DNA of 64,000 bases, from the NCBI GenBank assembly GCA_964580065.1, contig CAZOJE010000001.1, forward strand, positions 87,717 to 151,716, given 5' to 3'. A program made the translations under genes and the position numbers. Below the pieces are notes generated by a model. It was not told where the DNA came from. It made no database searches and saw only the letters and a program-made list of their open reading frames with translations. The DNA comes from an uncultured Candidatus Saccharibacteria bacterium. GTDB lineage: Bacteria > Patescibacteriota > UBA1384 > DTJR01. Shown here one piece after another: positions 1 to 8,803 of the stretch (its first letter is position 1; each line of letters begins with the position of its first letter).

Positions 1-533
1 CGCCAATTAATTTGGCTAGCGTGGCCAGTTTTTGTTTTATTACTGGTCGCGAATTCAATTTTGCCAAATTCGTGCCACACTTTAACAAACCGGATTTTAG
101 AATGCAGTTAGTAAAGGAAAAGGGCTCGCTCAAATTTTTTAATGATTCGGCCGCTACAAACCCAATTTCGACTATCGAAGCAGTTAACTTAGCCCAGGAC
201 GATTTTATTTTAATCTGTGGCGGTTCGAACAAAGGGCTTGAGTATGGCGAATTGGGAAAAATTTTAGCGCAAAATAATTTGTTTAAGAAAGTCTATCTTT
301 TTGGCGAAGTTGCTCCTGAAATGGAGCGAGATTTTCTTAGCTCTGGTGTGATAGGAGATAGGATCGTCCATAAAGAAACTTTAGAAGATGTTATGCGAAC
401 AATCAGCCAAGAAAATATTTCCGTCGGTTCGATTATATTTTCTCCTTCTGCGGCTAGTTTTGATCAATTTAGCAATTATAAAGAAAGGGGCGAGCGATTT
501 AACGACTTAGTAAAAAAATGGCCAAATATTTAA
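1..533 (+). CDS. murD: UDP-N-acetylmuramoylalanine--D-glutamate ligase MurD, C-terminal part (gene starts upstream of window; ORF-track Met at 12 is an artefact)
   Basis: C-terminal Mur-ligase domain pattern (…FITGREFNFAKF…DSAATNP…ICGGSNKG…); followed directly by ftsW/murG as in dcw clusters. Confidence 0.7.
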   Translation, partial: PINLASVASFCFITGREFNFAKFVPHFNKPDFRMQLVKEKGSLKFFNDSAATNPISTIEAVNLAQDDFILICGGSNKGLEYGELGKILAQNNLFKKVYLFGEVAPEMERDFLSSGVIGDRIVHKETLEDVMRTISQENISVGSIIFSPSAASFDQFSNYKERGERFNDLVKKWPNI

Positions 534-1642
534 AACAAAAATCTAAGCCCGATTTCAAGGTGGCTCTTTTGGTTGTAGGCATGGCCCTTTTCGGTATTAT
601 CATGATCGCTTCGGCTTCAGATGTAATTGCTCACGAAAAATACAAATCAATCGCTAATATTTATGTTATTCGTCAAATAGCCGCTTTTTTGGCTGGGCTG
701 GTTGTGATGGCGATTTTTTCTAATATTGATTATCGAAATTACAAAAAAATCTCCCTGACTCTGATTGTCATTACCTTGATTGCTTTAGTAGTGGTTTTTT
801 TGCCCGGCATTGGCTACGAATCTAACGGTGCGCATCGATGGATTAATTTGGGCTTTACGAGAGTTCAGCCGTCAGAGTTTGCTAAAATCACATTTTTAAT
901 TTATTTATGCAGTTGGCTTGATTCAAAAGAAAAATATATTAACTCTTTTAAAGATTTCTTTTTGCCGTTTATTATGATGCTTGTGGCTATGTCTCTGTTA
1001 ATAATCTTGCAACCCGATCTTGGCACATTAACGACAATTATTATTTCATCCATAGCTGTTTTCTTTGTTTCTGGCGCACCGGCTTGGCAATTTGAATCAA
1101 TTACAGTGTTTATGATTGCGGCCTTTGCTGTGTTTATTAAATCCGAGCCATATCGTTGGAACAGATTGATGACTTTTTTGAATCCCTCGGCCGAAACGCT
1201 TGGTGAAGGGTATCACATAAATCAGGCCTTCATTGCCGTCAGCCAAGGCGGCTTTTGGGGCTTGGGCTTTGGCCGTTCTATTCAAAAAATGGAATATTTG
1301 CCCGAGCCGCACACTGATTCGATTTTTGCGATTATCTGCGAAGAATTAGGTTTTGTCAGATCATCTTTGGTTGTAGTTGCTTATCTTTTTCTTTTTATTT
1401 TCGGCGTTCGTATTGCCAAAAAAGCGGTTGATAGATTTGGCAAATTATTGGCGACAGGAATCACCGTAGCCCTTTGTGCCCAAGCCGTTGTTAATATTTC
1501 GGCGATGCTTGGACTGGTGCCGCTCACGGGCGTTACCTTGCCATTTGTTTCATACGGCGGATCTTCGTTAGTCGTTTCATTTTTGCTGATCGGGATTTTA
1601 TTAAATATTTCGAAAGTGAGTAACCAATATGTCGAAGCATAA
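518..1642 (+). CDS. ftsW: SEDS-family peptidoglycan glycosyltransferase / cell-division protein FtsW
   Basis: ~10 TM helices, FtsW/RodA signature region (…EPHTDSIFAIICEELGF…LPFVSYGGSS…); position between murD and murG. Confidence 0.8.
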   Translation: MAKYLKQKSKPDFKVALLVVGMALFGIIMIASASDVIAHEKYKSIANIYVIRQIAAFLAGLVVMAIFSNIDYRNYKKISLTLIVITLIALVVVFLPGIGYESNGAHRWINLGFTRVQPSEFAKITFLIYLCSWLDSKEKYINSFKDFFLPFIMMLVAMSLLIILQPDLGTLTTIIISSIAVFFVSGAPAWQFESITVFMIAAFAVFIKSEPYRWNRLMTFLNPSAETLGEGYHINQAFIAVSQGGFWGLGFGRSIQKMEYLPEPHTDSIFAIICEELGFVRSSLVVVAYLFLFIFGVRIAKKAVDRFGKLLATGITVALCAQAVVNISAMLGLVPLTGVTLPFVSYGGSSLVVSFLLIGILLNISKVSNQYVEA

Positions 1643-4058
1643 AATAATTCTCACTGGCGGCGGAACGGGCGGACACATTTATCCGTTGCTTCGGTTAGCG
1701 GAGAAGCTAAAAAATGACTACGAGCTGATTTATATTGGTTCTAATTTAGACTTTGAAAAGGAAGAAGTTGCCAAAGAAAAAATAAAACATATTGCCATTC
1801 CTTGCGGCAAATTCCGCCGCAACTTTTCTCTGTTAAACCTGCTTTTAAATATCATTGATTTTTTCAAAGTAATTTTTGGCATAATTAAATCACTGGCTCT
1901 GCTAATTTTAATTAAACCGGATTTAGTTTTTTCTAAAGGCGGCTATGTTGCCTTACCTGTTTGTTTTGCCGCGCGCTTGCTTTCAATCAAAATTATTATC
2001 CACGAATCTGACATAACCCTTGGTTTAACCAACCGGATTACGGCCAGGTTTGCCGACAGGATATTAGTGGCTTTTCCTTTGGACGCTTATAATCTAAAAT
2101 ACGCCTCACGCTCTATCCATGTAGGCATACCTTTGCGAAAGGAATTTTTTGATTTTGACAACAAACGAAACGATTATGTTTTGTTTGTTGGCGGCAGTAG
2201 CGGCGCGGTAAAAATCAATGAATTAGTTTACGAAATTGCCCCGAAATTGCTCAAAGAAGAAAAAATTGTTCATTTAACGGGCAAAAATAATTTTGCTCAA
2301 GCTCAAGAATTTAAAAAAAGTTTGGACGAAAATTTGGCAAGAAATTATGAGCCAATTGATTATTCTTCCCATATGGAGGAATTAATTGCCAAAGCTAAAG
2401 TGGTTGTTACGCGCTCCGGTGCCACGGCTATTTTTGAAGCGGCGATATTTGAAAAACCATTGATATTAGTGCCAATTTCGGGCGATGTAGCCGCTCACCA
2501 AAGCGAAAATGCCAAATATCTAAAATCAATTAATTGCGGTGAGATTTTTGACCAAACAAAACCAGCCAGCGATCTACTTCATTTAATTAAATCGGTAAAA
2601 GAAAGTCGCAATAGTAAAATTAGCGAATTAGTGATTAAAAAATCGGCGGAAAAAATCAAAGAAATTATCGATGACGAAATTGCCGACGATTTAGCTAAAA
2701 TTAAGAAAGTTCATTTCATTGGCGCTGGTGGTGTTTCAATGAAATTGATTTCCAGAATTCTTACATCACTGGACAAACAGGTTACGAGTTCGGATTTAAA
2801 AACTGGCGGCCACAAAAAAGAATTTATTACCAAGGATTTGGATTTGGTGGTTTATTCTTCGGCCGCTGGCGCCAATTCGGCTGCTGCCCCAGAACACGAA
2901 CAGGCAAAAAAATTTGGTATCAAAACGATCAAAAGATCGAAAATGATTGATATTTTGGCGCAAACTAAAAGCGTCATCGCGGTTTCTGGAATGCACGGCA
3001 AGACCACGATTTCTTCTTTAATTGCGAGGGCTATGGAAAATGCCGGTCTCGGTCCTTCCTATTTAATCGGCGCCGATTATACAATGAAAAATCCAACGGC
3101 GAATTACACTAAAAAAAGTGAATATTTTGTTGTCGAATCTTGCGAATATGACGGCTCATTTCTCGATATATCACCTGAAATTGCTTTGATCGCTAATATC
3201 GAAAGGGAGCATTTAGACTATTTCAAAGGCGGGCTTTTAGATATAATCGACCAGTTTGGCAAATTCGTTGAAAATATTAAGCCCGGGGGGATTTTGGTTT
3301 ATTGCCGTGATGACGAAAATATTGTCAAGGTGATACGCCAAGCCGCCTCAACGCTGAATGAAAAATCAGTCAAACTCGTTTCTTATGGCGTGAGCCACGA
3401 CAGCGATTTTATTTTGACTAGAGTAGATTTTATTGACGGGCAAAATCGATTTAAAATAAAGCACATAAATTATGAGCAGGAATTTACTTCGCCTGTCCCG
3501 GGAGAACATTTTGCCCTAAATTGTTGCGGCGCCTATGCCTTGCTTAAAACTTTTGCTATATCCGATAGTCAAATAATCACTACTTTTGCCAATTTCTATG
3601 GCGCCGATCGAAGATTTAGTTTTGTTGGCAACATTGCCAATAGCAAGGTGTATGATGATTATGCTCATCACCCCACAGAAATTGCTGCTACTTTGACGGC
3701 TTTGCGTGAGGCCTTCCCTCAAGAAGAAAAAATCGTTATTTTTGAGCCGCATCAGCAAAAAAGATTTGATGACTTTTATGCCCAATTTGTTGATGTTTTT
3801 TCGCAAAGCAAAATAGACCATCTTGTTTTATTACCCGTGTTCAAAATTGCCGGTCGTGACACTGATGAAGTTAGAAATTGCCTTAAGCTGAAAAATGATC
3901 TTTTAAAAAGCGGGCTTGACGTAATGTACGCGACTAATTATCAGGAAGCCGCCGCCGAGATTGAAAAATTAATTGAACAAAAATCTGTTATTTTAACGAT
4001 GGGGGCGACCAATGTAAATCGCGTCGGGACGATTTTGCTTAAAAATAAAAAAAGATAA
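1629..4058 (+). CDS. murG-murC: Bifunctional fusion: MurG glycosyltransferase (N-terminal) + MurC UDP-N-acetylmuramate--L-alanine ligase (C-terminal)
   Basis: N-terminus ILTGGGTGGHIYPLL (MurG G-loop). From ~aa 360, VHFIGAGGVSMKLIS…GMHGKTTISSLIA (MurC Rossmann + P-loop) and later Mur-ligase C-domain. Single 809-aa frame. Confidence 0.8.
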   Translation: MSKHKIILTGGGTGGHIYPLLRLAEKLKNDYELIYIGSNLDFEKEEVAKEKIKHIAIPCGKFRRNFSLLNLLLNIIDFFKVIFGIIKSLALLILIKPDLVFSKGGYVALPVCFAARLLSIKIIIHESDITLGLTNRITARFADRILVAFPLDAYNLKYASRSIHVGIPLRKEFFDFDNKRNDYVLFVGGSSGAVKINELVYEIAPKLLKEEKIVHLTGKNNFAQAQEFKKSLDENLARNYEPIDYSSHMEELIAKAKVVVTRSGATAIFEAAIFEKPLILVPISGDVAAHQSENAKYLKSINCGEIFDQTKPASDLLHLIKSVKESRNSKISELVIKKSAEKIKEIIDDEIADDLAKIKKVHFIGAGGVSMKLISRILTSLDKQVTSSDLKTGGHKKEFITKDLDLVVYSSAAGANSAAAPEHEQAKKFGIKTIKRSKMIDILAQTKSVIAVSGMHGKTTISSLIARAMENAGLGPSYLIGADYTMKNPTANYTKKSEYFVVESCEYDGSFLDISPEIALIANIEREHLDYFKGGLLDIIDQFGKFVENIKPGGILVYCRDDENIVKVIRQAASTLNEKSVKLVSYGVSHDSDFILTRVDFIDGQNRFKIKHINYEQEFTSPVPGEHFALNCCGAYALLKTFAISDSQIITTFANFYGADRRFSFVGNIANSKVYDDYAHHPTEIAATLTALREAFPQEEKIVIFEPHQQKRFDDFYAQFVDVFSQSKIDHLVLLPVFKIAGRDTDEVRNCLKLKNDLLKSGLDVMYATNYQEAAAEIEKLIEQKSVILTMGATNVNRVGTILLKNKKR

Positions 4059-4069
4059 GAAATTTAAAT

Positions 4070-5023
4070 TTGGGATATAATGATTTTATGGAAAATTGGC
4101 TTAAAGAATTAAAAGAAGAATTACCCGGTATTTTAGAAGGCGAGCGCTTAGGCCGTTACAGCACGATGGGGGTCGGCGGACCGGCGCGGGCGGTTTTTGT
4201 CTCGAGAAATTTTGAGGAGCTTTCGGAAGCTGTGTTTACGGCTAAGAAACTAAAAATAAAATTTCGAGTTATTGGCAACGGTTCCAATATTATTTTCCCC
4301 GATGAATTATATGACGGTTTAATTATTATCAATAAGGCGAATAATATTTATATTGATAAAATGAGCGGGCGAGTGATTGCTGAATCCGGTGCTCCGTTAT
4401 CCAAACTGATTTTGGAATCGGCCGCGGCCGGTTTGTCAGGTCTGGAAAAACTTTATGGTGTGCCGGGAACGGTGGGTGGAGCGATAGTGGCTAACGCCGG
4501 CACGCACGGCGTAGCGATTGCTGATTATTTGAAGACTGCCACAATAATTACCGGTGAGGAAAAAATTCTAAGTTGTAAAAATAAATGGTTCGATTTTGGT
4601 TATCGAAAAAGCAAGCTGAAATATAAAAAAGTAAATTCTCCTGTTGTTGTTCTGAATGCTATTTTTCAGTTTCAAAGACGGAAAAACGAGGGTATTTTAG
4701 ATGACATCAGCAAGGCCAAATTGATCAGGCAAACTAAACAACCTTTGGGCGAAAAAACGTGCGGCAGTGTTTTTCGCAATCCGGCTGGAACGGATAACAT
4801 TTCGGGAGATCAAATTACTTATGCGGCGGGGTATCTATTGGAGCAAGCGGGGGCAAAGAGAATGTCGGTTGGCGGGGCTAAAGTTTCAAAAATTCATGCT
4901 AATTGGATTGTAAATTCGGGCTCGGCCACGGCAGAAGACATAAAAGGGCTGGTAAAAAAAATGAAAGAGGCCGTTAAAGAAAAGTTTTCCATTGAACTGG
5001 AAGAAGAAATTGAATTTTTATAA
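4070..5023 (+). CDS. murB: UDP-N-acetylenolpyruvoylglucosamine reductase MurB
   Basis: FAD-binding PCMH-type N-domain (…GVGGPARAVFV…IGNGSNI…) and MurB C-terminal domain; dcw cluster context. Confidence 0.8.
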   Translation: MGYNDFMENWLKELKEELPGILEGERLGRYSTMGVGGPARAVFVSRNFEELSEAVFTAKKLKIKFRVIGNGSNIIFPDELYDGLIIINKANNIYIDKMSGRVIAESGAPLSKLILESAAAGLSGLEKLYGVPGTVGGAIVANAGTHGVAIADYLKTATIITGEEKILSCKNKWFDFGYRKSKLKYKKVNSPVVVLNAIFQFQRRKNEGILDDISKAKLIRQTKQPLGEKTCGSVFRNPAGTDNISGDQITYAAGYLLEQAGAKRMSVGGAKVSKIHANWIVNSGSATAEDIKGLVKKMKEAVKEKFSIELEEEIEFL

Positions 5024-5029
5024 TTTGCG

Positions 5030-5809
5030 ATGGAAAGAAAAAAATCTTTACCAACAAGAAGAGATTTTAGAAAAGTCGAGATTTTTTCTAAAACCGAAAA
5101 AAGCGAAAAACCTAAAATTCATTTGAATTTTAAGCCGTTAAAAAATATTTTCGTTATCGTTGTTGTTTTGGCAGCGGCTTATTATGTTTTGTTTAGCCCG
5201 ATTTTTAAAATAAAAGATGTCGAGGTGGAGGGAATTCGATCGGTTGATATTATCGATAAAATAAAAATTTCTCTCACGGGAAAGCACATACTCTTTATTA
5301 ATATTGGCAATTTTTTAAGCGATTTGACGCGCGAATTTCCGGTGCTGGAAGAAGTTAGGGTCGTCAGGGGCTTACCGAATAGCATTAAAGTAATTGGCTC
5401 GGAAAGGGAAAGCGCTCTCATTTGGTGCTCGAGTGAATGTTATAAAATGGACCCCAGTGGTTATATTTACGAGAAAATTGACAAGCCAGTAGACAAAATT
5501 TATATCCAGCAAAAAGATGCCACGGAAATTTCGTTGGGTCAGAAAGTTGCCACGACCAAATTCGTGATGTTCTATGTCAGTTGCGTTGACGGTTTGGCTA
5601 AGCAGGGAATTAGCGTGAAATCAGCCGAAGTTTCGGATATGATTTATCAGCTAGGTTTTGTTACAAGCGATGGTTGGCGGGCGATTTTTGATACTTCTGA
5701 ATCTTTAGATAATCAACTTTATGCCCTCAAACAGGTCCTAGAAAAAAATCGTTCTGACGTAAAAGAGTATGTCAATCTTGGCGTTAAAGGACAGGCCTAC
5801 ATTAAGTAA
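5030..5809 (+). CDS. ftsQ: Cell division protein FtsQ/DivIB-like (N-terminal TM + POTRA-like domain)
   Basis: Basic cytoplasmic N-terminus, single TM (IFVIVVVLAAAYYVLF), periplasmic domain; position after murB. Confidence 0.5.
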   Translation: MERKKSLPTRRDFRKVEIFSKTEKSEKPKIHLNFKPLKNIFVIVVVLAAAYYVLFSPIFKIKDVEVEGIRSVDIIDKIKISLTGKHILFINIGNFLSDLTREFPVLEEVRVVRGLPNSIKVIGSERESALIWCSSECYKMDPSGYIYEKIDKPVDKIYIQQKDATEISLGQKVATTKFVMFYVSCVDGLAKQGISVKSAEVSDMIYQLGFVTSDGWRAIFDTSESLDNQLYALKQVLEKNRSDVKEYVNLGVKGQAYIK

Positions 5810-5862
5810 ATTTGCTATTTTTGGGCGTTTGCTGATAATCTAACTTTTAGTAAAGGAGGCGA

Positions 5863-7521
5863 TTGAGTAAGGTGAATTGGCAAATAATTAATAAATATCC
5901 TAAAGACCTAATTGCTGCTATTGCGAAATCGCGCGGCATTAAGAATTTTGATAATTTCGTTAATCCCGATTTCGGTGCTCTGGTTGATCCTTTTTTAATC
6001 CCGGGTATGAAAAAAGGCGTTAAGAGAATTCAAACGGCCATTAAAAATAACGAAAAAATCGGGATTTTTATGGATTATGATGCTGACGGCATTCCGGGCG
6101 GGGCGATTATTTACAAGGCCTTAACAAAATTTACCAAAAATGTTTTTACACACGTTCCTTTGCGAGAAGATGGCTATGGTTTAAATATTTCCGCCATTGA
6201 TAATTTTAAAAATAATGGCGTTAGTTTGCTGATTACGGTAGATTGCGGCATTAAAAATATCAAAGAAGTGGCGCACGCTAAAAAAAGTGGCATCGACATA
6301 ATCATCACCGACCATCACACTTTGGGTGATGATCTACCGGAGGCCGATGTTATTATCCATCCTTTGATTGAGCAAAAAAATAAATTGAAATTCAAAGATT
6401 TTTCCGGCGGCGGCGTGGCTTTTATGCTGGCTAAGGCCTTGTCGAAAAATGACGGTCAGGAAAAATGGCTTTTGGATTTAGCGGCCATTTCTTCGATAGC
6501 CGATATTGTGACGCTTCGTGATGACAATCGACTGATTGTCAAATATGGTTTAGTCGTTTTAAACAAAACCCGAAATTTGGGGCTAAAAACTTTAATTGAT
6601 GTTGCTAAAATCAATTGGGGTAATATTGGCACCTACGAAGTGGGTTATTTGATTGCGCCAAGAATAAACGCGGCTGGACGAATCTCTTCGCCGCAAAAAA
6701 GTTTTCAACTTTTGATTACTGAAGATAAAAATGAAGCCAAAAAATTAGCTCAAGAGCTTGATAGTCTTAATGCCGAGCGCCAAGAAATTTTAACTTCCGC
6801 GCAAAAATCAGCCGAACAGACCGTTAGGGAAAAGAAACTTTATGAAAATAAGCTTATTTTACTTCACAACTCTGCTTGGCCTGAAGGAATAATTGGCTTG
6901 ATTGCCGGCAAAATCGCCCAACAGTATTATTGCCCAACGATCGTTTTAAATGAACGCGCTGGCAAAATGAAGGGGAGCGCGCGTTCGATTGCTGGCATTA
7001 ATATCACGCAATTAATCGGTAAGAGCGAAAAATATCTTTTAAGTTTTGGCGGTCATGAACAGGCAGCGGGTCTTTCGTTGGAGTCGAAAAATCTGGAAAA
7101 GTTTGAAAAATCAATCCTAAATAACGCCCAAAAATTCCCATCGAATTTATATGAAAAAACGCTCAAAATTGATGCATTGGCCGAACCGAAACAAATCAAT
7201 TTAACGCTGGCGCGTCAAATGGAAAAACTAGAACCCTTTGGGCCGGGGAATTATCGTCCGGTTATCGGCTTGGAAGAAATGAGAATTATGTCTTTGCGTC
7301 AAGTTGGCCGAGACGGTAAACATTTACATTTAGAGGTGGCCAAATCGGGCGAGAAACAAGACTCTCACCGCCTGATTGCTTTCAACTATGAAGCAAACGG
7401 CTGGAAGATCGAAAGGGGCGATATTGTTGATTTGGCTTTTTCGGTTAAATTAGGTGAATTTAATGGTCAGCAGAAATTAGATTTAATTTTAGAGGATATT
7501 AAAAAAGTCAATGGCGATTAA
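5863..7521 (+). CDS. recJ: Single-stranded-DNA-specific exonuclease RecJ
   Basis: DHH motifs (…DYDADGI…ITDHH…) and DHHA1 (…GGHEQAAGL…). Confidence 0.85.
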   Translation: MSKVNWQIINKYPKDLIAAIAKSRGIKNFDNFVNPDFGALVDPFLIPGMKKGVKRIQTAIKNNEKIGIFMDYDADGIPGGAIIYKALTKFTKNVFTHVPLREDGYGLNISAIDNFKNNGVSLLITVDCGIKNIKEVAHAKKSGIDIIITDHHTLGDDLPEADVIIHPLIEQKNKLKFKDFSGGGVAFMLAKALSKNDGQEKWLLDLAAISSIADIVTLRDDNRLIVKYGLVVLNKTRNLGLKTLIDVAKINWGNIGTYEVGYLIAPRINAAGRISSPQKSFQLLITEDKNEAKKLAQELDSLNAERQEILTSAQKSAEQTVREKKLYENKLILLHNSAWPEGIIGLIAGKIAQQYYCPTIVLNERAGKMKGSARSIAGINITQLIGKSEKYLLSFGGHEQAAGLSLESKNLEKFEKSILNNAQKFPSNLYEKTLKIDALAEPKQINLTLARQMEKLEPFGPGNYRPVIGLEEMRIMSLRQVGRDGKHLHLEVAKSGEKQDSHRLIAFNYEANGWKIERGDIVDLAFSVKLGEFNGQQKLDLILEDIKKVNGD

Positions 7522-8803
7522 AGCAAAAAAACTTTATGTTTGTAGTGAATGCGGCGGCGAGCATATCAGCTGGTCGGGCAAGTGCTCTTATTGCGGTCGC
7601 TGGAATACTTTAAAAGAACTCAATATTAGTCCCGAAAAAGGACCGTCAGTGCAAAAAGCCCAAGTGAAAAAGCTTTCTTCGGTTGAAATTAGAAAAGGCG
7701 AACGAATGCCGACGGGGATTAGTGAAGCGGATTTGGTTTTTGGCGGCGGTATTGTCGAAGGTTCGGTTCTGCTTTTGGGGGGACATCCGGGCATCGGCAA
7801 ATCAACTTTAGTATGGCAAATTTCGGCGGCAGTTAAGGGCAAGGTTCTCTATATTGCCGGTGAGGAGTCGCCGGAACAAATAAAATTAAGATCTCAACGG
7901 CTCAAAACGACGGGCGACAACATTTTTGTTATCGATAATTCTGATATTAATAGTTGGCTGGATAATCTTAAATCAGACGAATACAAGCTGCTAATCATTG
8001 ATTCGATTCAAACGATCTTTGATTCATCAATTGCTTCTTCGGCCGGAAGTATTATGCAACTAAAACAATGCACTTTACGAATAATTAAAAAAGCCAAAGA
8101 GATTGGTCTCTCGACTATCATTATTGGTCATGTTACTAAAGAGGGTGAAGTGGCAGGACCAAAAACGCTAGAACATCTTGTTGATGGTGTTTTTTATCTT
8201 GAAGGCGAAAAATATTCTTCGGAAAGGTTTTTGCGAAGTCAAAAAAATCGCTTTGGGCCAACGGAAGAATTGGGCGTTTTTGAACTAACGGAAAAAGGTT
8301 TGGTGGCAAAGGCCGATTTTGGCCGGTTGAAAACAGATCAGGAGGTGCCGGTGGGCGTGGCCAGAACCGCCGTAGCCGAGGGCAGTCGAATCTACATGGT
8401 GGAAGTTCAGTCTTTAGTCCAAAAAACCAGCTATGGCTTGCCACGGCGAAATGCGGTTGGTTTTGATTTTAATCGTTTGCAAATGATTATCGCGGTGATG
8501 GGAAAGCACACCAAAATCGACCTTTCTGGCCATGATGTTTTTTTGAATATTTCTGAAGGATATAAATTGAAAGAACCGTCGGCAGACATGGCGGTGGTAA
8601 TATCACTAGCGAGCTCATATTTTGGCAAAAGCGCTTCGGGCAATGAAATATTTGTTGGCGAAACAGATTTGGCTGGCCGTGTTCATCTTCAAGGCCAAGT
8701 GAAAAAAATTGTAAAAACTTGCCAAAAACTGGGCTTCAAGATTCCCAATCCGACAACAACAGATCTAGAGCAATTTATTAAAAAATCGCTTAAAGTGTCG
8801 TAA
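7511..8803 (+). CDS. radA: DNA repair protein RadA/Sms
   Basis: N-terminal C4 zinc ribbon (CSECGGEH…CSYCGRW), Walker A GGHPGIGKST, C-terminal Lon-like domain. Confidence 0.9.
   Translation: MAIKAKKLYVCSECGGEHISWSGKCSYCGRWNTLKELNISPEKGPSVQKAQVKKLSSVEIRKGERMPTGISEADLVFGGGIVEGSVLLLGGHPGIGKSTLVWQISAAVKGKVLYIAGEESPEQIKLRSQRLKTTGDNIFVIDNSDINSWLDNLKSDEYKLLIIDSIQTIFDSSIASSAGSIMQLKQCTLRIIKKAKEIGLSTIIIGHVTKEGEVAGPKTLEHLVDGVFYLEGEKYSSERFLRSQKNRFGPTEELGVFELTEKGLVAKADFGRLKTDQEVPVGVARTAVAEGSRIYMVEVQSLVQKTSYGLPRRNAVGFDFNRLQMIIAVMGKHTKIDLSGHDVFLNISEGYKLKEPSADMAVVISLASSYFGKSASGNEIFVGETDLAGRVHLQGQVKKIVKTCQKLGFKIPNPTTTDLEQFIKKSLKVS

Noticed and set aside
1097-1312. Antisense small ORFs inside ftsW, murC, radA, pilB etc. 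(e.g. 1097..1312, 2796..2996, 7588..7842, 20704..21033)
   Set aside because: They are embedded on the opposite strand of long, motif-supported genes, with no independent signals.
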